Assembly: GCA_964247055.1 (NCBI GenBank)
Contig: OZ176052.1
Coordinates: 13,516,001-13,580,000 of the forward strand
Source: Paragordius varius
Taxonomy: Eukaryota > Animalia > Nematomorpha
Direction: 5' to 3'
Length of the DNA stretch: 64,000 nt
In this document: positions 56,901 through 64,000 of the stretch, piece by piece
Position numbering within the stretch: position 1 is the first letter of the stretch
Layout: each line of letters opens with the position of its first letter
Notes under the pieces: model-generated
Databases searched by the model: none
What the model was told of the DNA's origin: nothing
What the model saw: only the letters and a program-made list of their open reading frames with translations
Position numbers and translations under genes: made by a program

Positions 56901-59900
56901 AATTTGGATTTTAGGTAGCCATTTTTATTTTTAAAATCGTATAAAATAAATTTTTTAAATATTTAAAAAATTCATAAAAATTACATTTATACTCCGATCT
57001 CGAAAATATTTGGGGTGATGATGGAACTACCATAGGGCTACCCAAAAAAATTATAGTGACATCACCTGATCAAATTTGGATTTTAGGTAGCCATTTTTAT
57101 TTTTAAAATCGTATAAAATAAATTTTTTAAATATTTAAAAAATTCATAAAAATTACATTTATACTCCGATCTCGAAAATATTTGGGGTGATGATGGAACT
57201 ACCATAGGGCTACCCAAAAAAAATTATGGTGACATCACCTGATCAAATTTGGATTTTAGGTAGCCATTTTTATTTTTAAAATCGTATAAAATAAATTTTT
57301 TAAATATTTAAAAAATTCATAAAAATTACATTTATAGTCCGATCTCGAAAATATTTGGGGTGATGATGGAACTACCATAGGGCTACCCAAAAAAATTATA
57401 GTGACATCACCTGATCAAATTTGGATTTTAGGTAGCCATTTTTATTTTTAAAATCGTATAAAATAAATTTTTTAAATATTTAAAAAATTCATAAAAATTA
57501 CATTTATAGTCCGATCCCCAAAGTATTTGGGGTGATGATGGAACTACCATAGGGCTACCCAACAAAATTATAGTGACATCACCTGATCAAATTTGGATTT
57601 TAGGTAGCCATTTTTATTTTTAAAATCGTATAAAATAAATTTTTTAAATATTTAAAAAATTCATAAAAATTACATTTATAGTCCGATCCCCAAAGTATTT
57701 GGGGTGATGATGGAACTACCATAGGGCTACCCAAAAAAAATTATGGTGACATCACCTGATCAAATTTGGATTTTAGGTAGCCATTTTTATTTTTAAAATC
57801 GTATAAAATAATATTTTTAAATATTAAAAAAATTCATAAAAATTACATTTATAGTCCGATCCCCAAAGTATTTGGGGTGATGATGGAACTACCATAGGGC
57901 TACCCAAAAAAATTATGGCGACATCACCTGATCAAATTTGGATTTTAGGTAGCCATTTTTAGTTTTAAAATCGTATAAAATAAATTTTTAAATATTTAAA
58001 AAATTCATAAAAATTACATTTATACTCCGATCTCGACAATATTTGGGGTGATGATGGAACTACCATAGGGCTACCCAAAAAAAAATTATGGTGACATCAC
58101 CTGATCAAATTTGAATTTTAGGTAGCGCTTTTTATTTTTAAAATCGTATAAAATAAATTTTTTAAATATTTAAAAAATTCATAAAAATTACATTTATACT
58201 CCGATCTCGAAAATATTTGGGGTGATGATGGAACTACTATAGGGCTACCCAAAAAAAATTATGGTGACATCACCTGATCAAATTTGGATTTTAGGTAGCC
58301 ATTTTTATTTTTAAAATCGTATAAAATAAATTTTTTAAATATTAAAAAAATTCATAAAAATTACATTTATAGTCCGATCCCCAAAGTATTTGGGGTGATG
58401 ATGGAACTACCATAGGGCTACCCAAAAAAATTATGGTGACATCACCTGATCAAATTTGTTTAGGTAGCCATTTTTATTTTTAAAATCGTATAAAATAAAT
58501 TTTTTAAATATTTAAAAAATTCATAAAAATTACATTTATACTCCGATCTCGAAAATATTTGGGGTGATGATGGAACTACCATAGGGCTACCCAAAAAAAT
58601 TATAGTGACATCACCTGATCAAATTTGGATTTTAGGTAGCCATTTTTATTTTTAAAATCGTATAAAATAAATTTTTTAAATATTTAAAAAATTCATAAAA
58701 ATTACATTTATACTCCGATCTCGAAAATATTTGGGGTGATGATGGAACTACCATAGGGCTACCCAAAAAAAATTATGGTGACATCACCTGATCAAATTTG
58801 GATTTTAGGTAGCCATTTTTATTTTTAAAATCGTATAAAATAAATTTTTTAAATATTTAAAAAATTCATAAAAATTACATTTATAGTCCGATCTCGAAAA
58901 TATTTGGGGTGATGATGGAACTACCATAGGGCTACCCAAAAAAATTATAGTGACATCACCTGATCAAATTTGGATTTTAGGTAGCCATTTTTATTTTTAA
59001 AATCGTATAAAATAAATTTTTTAAATATTTAAAAAATTCATAAAAATTACATTTATAGTCCGATCCCCAAAGTATTTGGGGTGATGATGGAACTACCATA
59101 GGGCTACCCAAAAAAATTATAGTGACATCACCTGATCAAATTTGGATTTTAGGTAGCCATTTTTATTTTTAAAATCGTATAAAATAAATTTTTTAAATAT
59201 TTAAAAAATTCATAAAAATTACATTTATAGTCCGATCCCCAAAGTATTTGGGGTGATGATGGAACTACCATAGGGCTACCCAAAAAAAATTATGGTGACA
59301 TCACCTGATCAAATTTGGATTTTAGGTAGCCATTTTTATTTTTAAAATCGTATAAAATAATATTTTTAAATATTAAAAAAATTCATAAAAATTACATTTA
59401 TAGTCCGATCCCCAAAGTATTTGGGGTGATGATGGAACTACCATAGGGCTACCCAAAAAAATTATGGCGACATCACCTGATCAAATTTGGATTTTAGGTA
59501 GCCATTTTTATTTTTAAAATCGTATAAAATAAATTTTTAAATATTTAAAAAATTCATAAAAATTACATTTATACTCCGATCTCGACAATATTTGGGGAGA
59601 TGATGGAACTACCATAGGGCTACCCAAAAAAAAATTATGGTGACATCACCTGATCAAATTTGAATTTTAGGTAGCGCTTTTTATTTTTAAAATCGTATAA
59701 AATAAATTTTTTAAATATTTAAAAAATTCATAAAAATTACATTTATACTCCGATCTCGAAAATATTTGGGGTGATGATGGAACTACCATAGGGCTACCCA
59801 AAAAAAATTATGGTGACATCACCTGATCAAATTTGGATTTTAGGTAGCCATTTTTATTTTTAAAATCGTATATAATAAATTTTTTAAATATTAAAAAAAT

Positions 59901-62900
59901 TCATAAAAATTACATTTATAGTCCGATCCCCAAAGTATTTGGGGTGATGATGGAACTACCATAGGGCTACCCAAAAAAATTATGGTGACATCACCTGATC
60001 AAATTTGGATTTTAGGTAGCCATTTTTATTTTTAAAATCGTATAAAATAAATTTTTTAAATATTTAAAAAATTCATAAAAATTACATTTATACTCCGATC
60101 TCGAAAATATTTGGGGTGATGATGGAACTACCATAGGGCTACCCAAAAAAATTATAGTGACATCACCTGATCAAATTTGGATTTTAGGTAGCCATTTTTA
60201 TTTTTAAAATCGTATAAAATAAATTTTTTAAATATTTAAAAAATTCATAAAAATTACATTTATACTCCGATCTCGAAAATATTTGGGGTGATGATGGAAC
60301 TACCATAGGGCTACCCAAAAAAAATATGGTGACATCACCTGATCAAATTTGGATTTTAGGTAGCCATTTTTATTTTTAAAATCGTATAAAATAAATTTTT
60401 TAAATATTTAAAAAATTCATAAAAATTACATTTATACTCCGATCTCGAAAATATTTGGGGTGATGATGGAACTACCATAGGGCTACCCAAAAAAAATTAT
60501 GGTGACATCACCTGATCAAATTTGGATTTTAGGTAGCCATTTTTATTTTTAAAATCGTATAAAATAAATTTTTTAAATATTTAAAAATTCATAAAAATTA
60601 CATTTATAGTCCGATCTCGAAAATATTTGGGGTGATGATGGAACTACCATAGGGCTACCCAATAAAATTATAGTGACATCACCTGATCAAATTTGGATTT
60701 TAGGTAGCCATTTTTATTTTTAAAATCGTATAAAATAAATTTTTTAAATATTTAAAAAATTCATAAAAATTACATTTATAGTCCGATCCCCAAAGTATTT
60801 GGGGTGATGATGGAACTACCATAGGGCTACCCAAAAAAATTATAGTGACATCACCTGATCAAATTTGGATTTTAGGTAGCCATTTTTATTTTTAAAATCG
60901 TATAAAATAAATTTTTTAAATATTTAAAAAATTCATAAAAATTACATTTATAGTCCGATCCCCAAAGTATTTGGGGTGATGATGGAACTACCATAGGGCT
61001 ACCCAAAAAAAATTATGGTGACATCACCTGATCAAATTTGGATTTTAGGTAGCCATTTTTATTTTTAAAATCGTATAAAATAATATTTTTAAATATTAAA
61101 AAAATTCATAAAAATTACATTTATAGTCCGATCCCCAAAGTATTTGGGGTGATGATGGAACTACCATAGGGCTACCCAAAAAAATTATAGTGACATCACC
61201 TGATCAAATTTGGATTTTAGGTAGCCATTTTTATTTTTAAAATCGTATAAAATAAATTTTTTAAATATTTAAAAAATTCATAAAAATTACATTTATACTC
61301 CGATCTCGAAAATATTTGGGGTGATGATGGAACTACCATAGGGCTACCCAAAAAAAATATGGTGACATCACCTGATCAAATTTGGATTTTAGGTAGCCAT
61401 TTTTATTTTTAAAATCGTATAAAATAAATTTTTTAAATATTTAAAAAATTCATAAAAATTACATTTATACTCCGATCTCGAAAATATTTCGGGTGATGAT
61501 GGAACTACCATAGGGCTACCCAAAAAAAATTATGGTGACATCACCTGATCAAATTTGGATTTTAGGTAGCCATTTTTATTTTTAAAATCGTATAAAATAA
61601 ATTTTTTAAATATTTAAAAAATTCAAAAAAATTACATTTATACTCCGATCTCGAGAATATTGGGGTGATGATGGAACTACCATAGAGCTACGCAAAAAAA
61701 ATTATGGTGACATCACCTGATCAAATTTGGATTTGTGCCATTTTTATTTTTAAAATCGTATAAAATAAATTTTTTAAATATTTAAAAAATTCATAAAAAT
61801 TATATTTATACTCCCATCTCGAAAATATTTGGGGTGATGATGGAACTACCATAGGGCTACCCAAAAAAAATTATGGTGACATCACCTGATCAAATTTGGA
61901 TTTTAGGTAGCCATTTTTATTTTTAATATCGTATAAAATAAATTTTTTAAATATTTAAAAACTTCATAAAAATTACATTTATAGTCCGATCCCCAAAATA
62001 TTTGGGGTGATGATGGAACTACCATAGGGCTACCCAAAAAAAATTATGGCGACATCACCTGATCAAATTTGGATTTTAGGTAGCCATTTTTATTTTTAAA
62101 ATCGTATAAAATAAATTTTTAAATATTTAAAAAATTCATAAAAATTACATTTATACTCCGATCTCGACAATATTTGGGGTGATGATGGAACTACCATAGG
62201 GCTACCCAAAAAAAATTATGGTGACATCACCTGATCAAATTTGAATTTTAGGTAGCGCTTTTTATTTTTAAAATCGTATAAAATAAATTTTTTAAATATT
62301 TAAAAAATTCATAAAAATTACATTTATACTCCGATCTCGAAAATATTTGGGGTGATGATGGAACTACCATAGGGCTACCCAAAAAAAATTATGGTGACAT
62401 CACCTGATCAAATTTGGATTTTAGGTAGCCATTTTTATTTTTAAAATCGTATAAAATAAATTTTTTAAATATTTAAAAAATTCATAAAAATTACATTTAT
62501 AGTCCGATCCCCAAAGTATTTGGGGTGATGATGGAACTACCATAGGGCTACCCAAAAAAAATTATGGTGACATCACCTGATCAAATTTGGATTTTAGGTA
62601 GCCATTTTTATTTTTAAAATCGTATAAAATAATATTTTTAAATATTAAAAAAATTCATAAAAATTACATTTATAGTCCGATCCCCAAAGTATTTGGGGTG
62701 ATGATGGAACTACCATAGGGCTACCCAAAAAAATTATAGTGACATCACCTGATCAAATTTGGATTTTAGGTAGCCATTTTTATTTTTAAAATCGTATAAA
62801 ATAAATTTTTTAAATATTTAAAAAATTCATAAAAATTACATTTATACTCCGATCTCGAAAATATTTGGGGTGATGATGGAACTACCATAGGGCTACCCAA

Positions 62901-64000
62901 AAAAAATATGGTGACATCACCTGATCAAATTTGGATTTTAGGTAGCCATTTTTATTTTTAAAATCGTATATAATAAATTTTTTAAATATTAAAAAAATTC
63001 ATAAAAATTACATTTATAGTCCGATCCCCAAAGTATTTGGGGTGATGATGGAACTACCATAGGGCTACCCAAAAAAATTATGGTGACATCACCTGATCAA
63101 ATTTGGATTTTAGGTAGCCATTTTTATTTTTAAAATCGTATAAAATAAATTTTTTAAATATTTAAAAAATTCATAAAAATTACATTTATAGTCCGATCCC
63201 CAAAGTATTTGGGGTGATGATGGAACTACCATAGGGCTACCCAAAAAAAATTATGGTGACATCACCTGATCAAATTTGGATTTTAGGTAGCCATTTTTAT
63301 TTTTAAAATCGTATAAAATAATATTTTTAAATATTAAAAAAATTCATAAAAATTACATTTATAGTCCGATCCCCAAAGTATTTGGGGTGATGATGGAACT
63401 ACCATAGGGCTACCCAAAAAAAATATGGTGACATCACCTGATCAAATTTGGATTTTAGGTAGCCATTTTTATTTTTAAAATCGTATAAAATAAATTTTTT
63501 AAATATTTAAAAAATTCATAAAAATTACATTTATACTCCGATCCCCAAAGTATTTGGGGTGATGATGGAACTACCATAGGGCTACCCAAAAAAAATTATG
63601 GTGACATCACCTGATCAAATTTGGATTTTAGGTAGCCATTTTTATTTTTAAAATCGTATAAAATAATATTTTTAAATATTAAAAAAATTCATAAAAATTA
63701 CATTTATAGTCCGATCCCCAAAGTATTTGGGGTGATGATGGAACTACCATAGGGCTACCCAAAAAAATTATAGTGACATCACCTGATCAAATTTGGATTT
63801 TAGGTAGCCATTTTTATTTTTAAAATCGTATAAAATAAATTTTTTAAATATTTAAAAAATTCATAAAAATTACATTTATACTCCGATCTCGAAAATATTT
63901 GGGGTGATGATGGAACTACCATAGGGCTACCCAAAAAAAATATGGTGACATCACCTGATCAAATTTGGATTTTAGGTAGCCATTTTTATTTTTAAAATCG
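53988..64000. repeat. Distal array domain with irregular HORs marked by the TTGAATTTTAGGTAGCGCT variant
   Basis: The marker occurs at 54504, 55712, 58125, 59674 and 62255 (spacings 1208, 2413, 1549 and 2581 bp = 7, 14, 9 and 15 monomers). The domain is enriched for CCCCAAAGTATTTGGGG, AATATTAAAAAAATTC and TATAGTGAC variants. Confidence 0.85.

Larger units (their letters stand above)
1..64000. repeat. Satellite DNA array: ~370 head-to-tail copies of a 173-bp AT-rich monomer, single orientation, no interruptions
   Basis: The monomer start ATTTTTATTTTT recurs at 1, 174, ... up to 63982 (partial last copy). Every line of the window maps to the consensus with only SNPs and short indels. Consensus G+C is 45/173 (26%). 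The array runs off both window edges. Confidence 0.99.

Noticed and set aside
1-64000. CRISPR array
   Set aside because: There are no unique spacers, since the entire 173-bp unit is repeated, and no cas genes are present.
1-64000. Primate alpha satellite or CENP-B box
   Set aside because: Only the monomer length (~171-173 bp) is similar. I see no resemblance to the alphoid consensus and no TTCG....A..CGGG CENP-B box; the ATTCGGGG variant does not satisfy the motif.
1-64000. Assignment to a named satellite family, species or functional centromere
   Set aside because: I do not recognise the sequence with confidence. This needs BLAST, Dfam or Repbase searches and CENH3/CENP-A ChIP data.
1-64000. 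Embedded transposon, inversion, telomeric repeat or unique-sequence island
   Set aside because: Reading through the window, every segment aligns to the monomer in the same orientation. I saw no foreign sequence, target-site duplication or strand switch.

Overview
The whole 64-kb window is one uninterrupted head-to-tail tandem array of about 370 copies of a 173-bp, ~74% A+T monomer, all in the same orientation. Consensus: ATTTTTATTTTTAAAATCGTATAAAATAAATTTTTTAAATATTTAAAAAATTCATAAAAATTACATTTATACTCCGATCTCGAAAATATTTGGGGTGATGATGGAACTACCATAGGGCTACCCAAAAAAAATTATGGTGACATCACCTGATCAAATTTGGATTTTAGGTAGCC. This is the architecture of eukaryotic satellite DNA (centromeric, pericentromeric or other heterochromatic array); I cannot assign the organism or a named family from the sequence alone. 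I found no supportable genes, RNA genes, mobile elements or CRISPR arrays, and the single listed ORF is a by-product of the repeat. The structure worth attention lies inside the array: (i) each monomer is bipartite (94% AT first 70 nt, ~40% GC last 103 nt) and rich in dyad symmetry, with a perfect 24-bp palindrome and a 58-nt imperfect inverted repeat; (ii) diagnostic SNPs and indels reveal local higher-order repeats (HORs) of changing period (17-, 3-, 6-, 11- and 21-mers, plus variable 7/14/9/15 spacing); (iii) variants partition the array into about four domains, with blocks copied over 5-33 kb. All coordinates and periods were counted by hand from marker variants and should be confirmed computationally. 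I found no novel protein-coding system.
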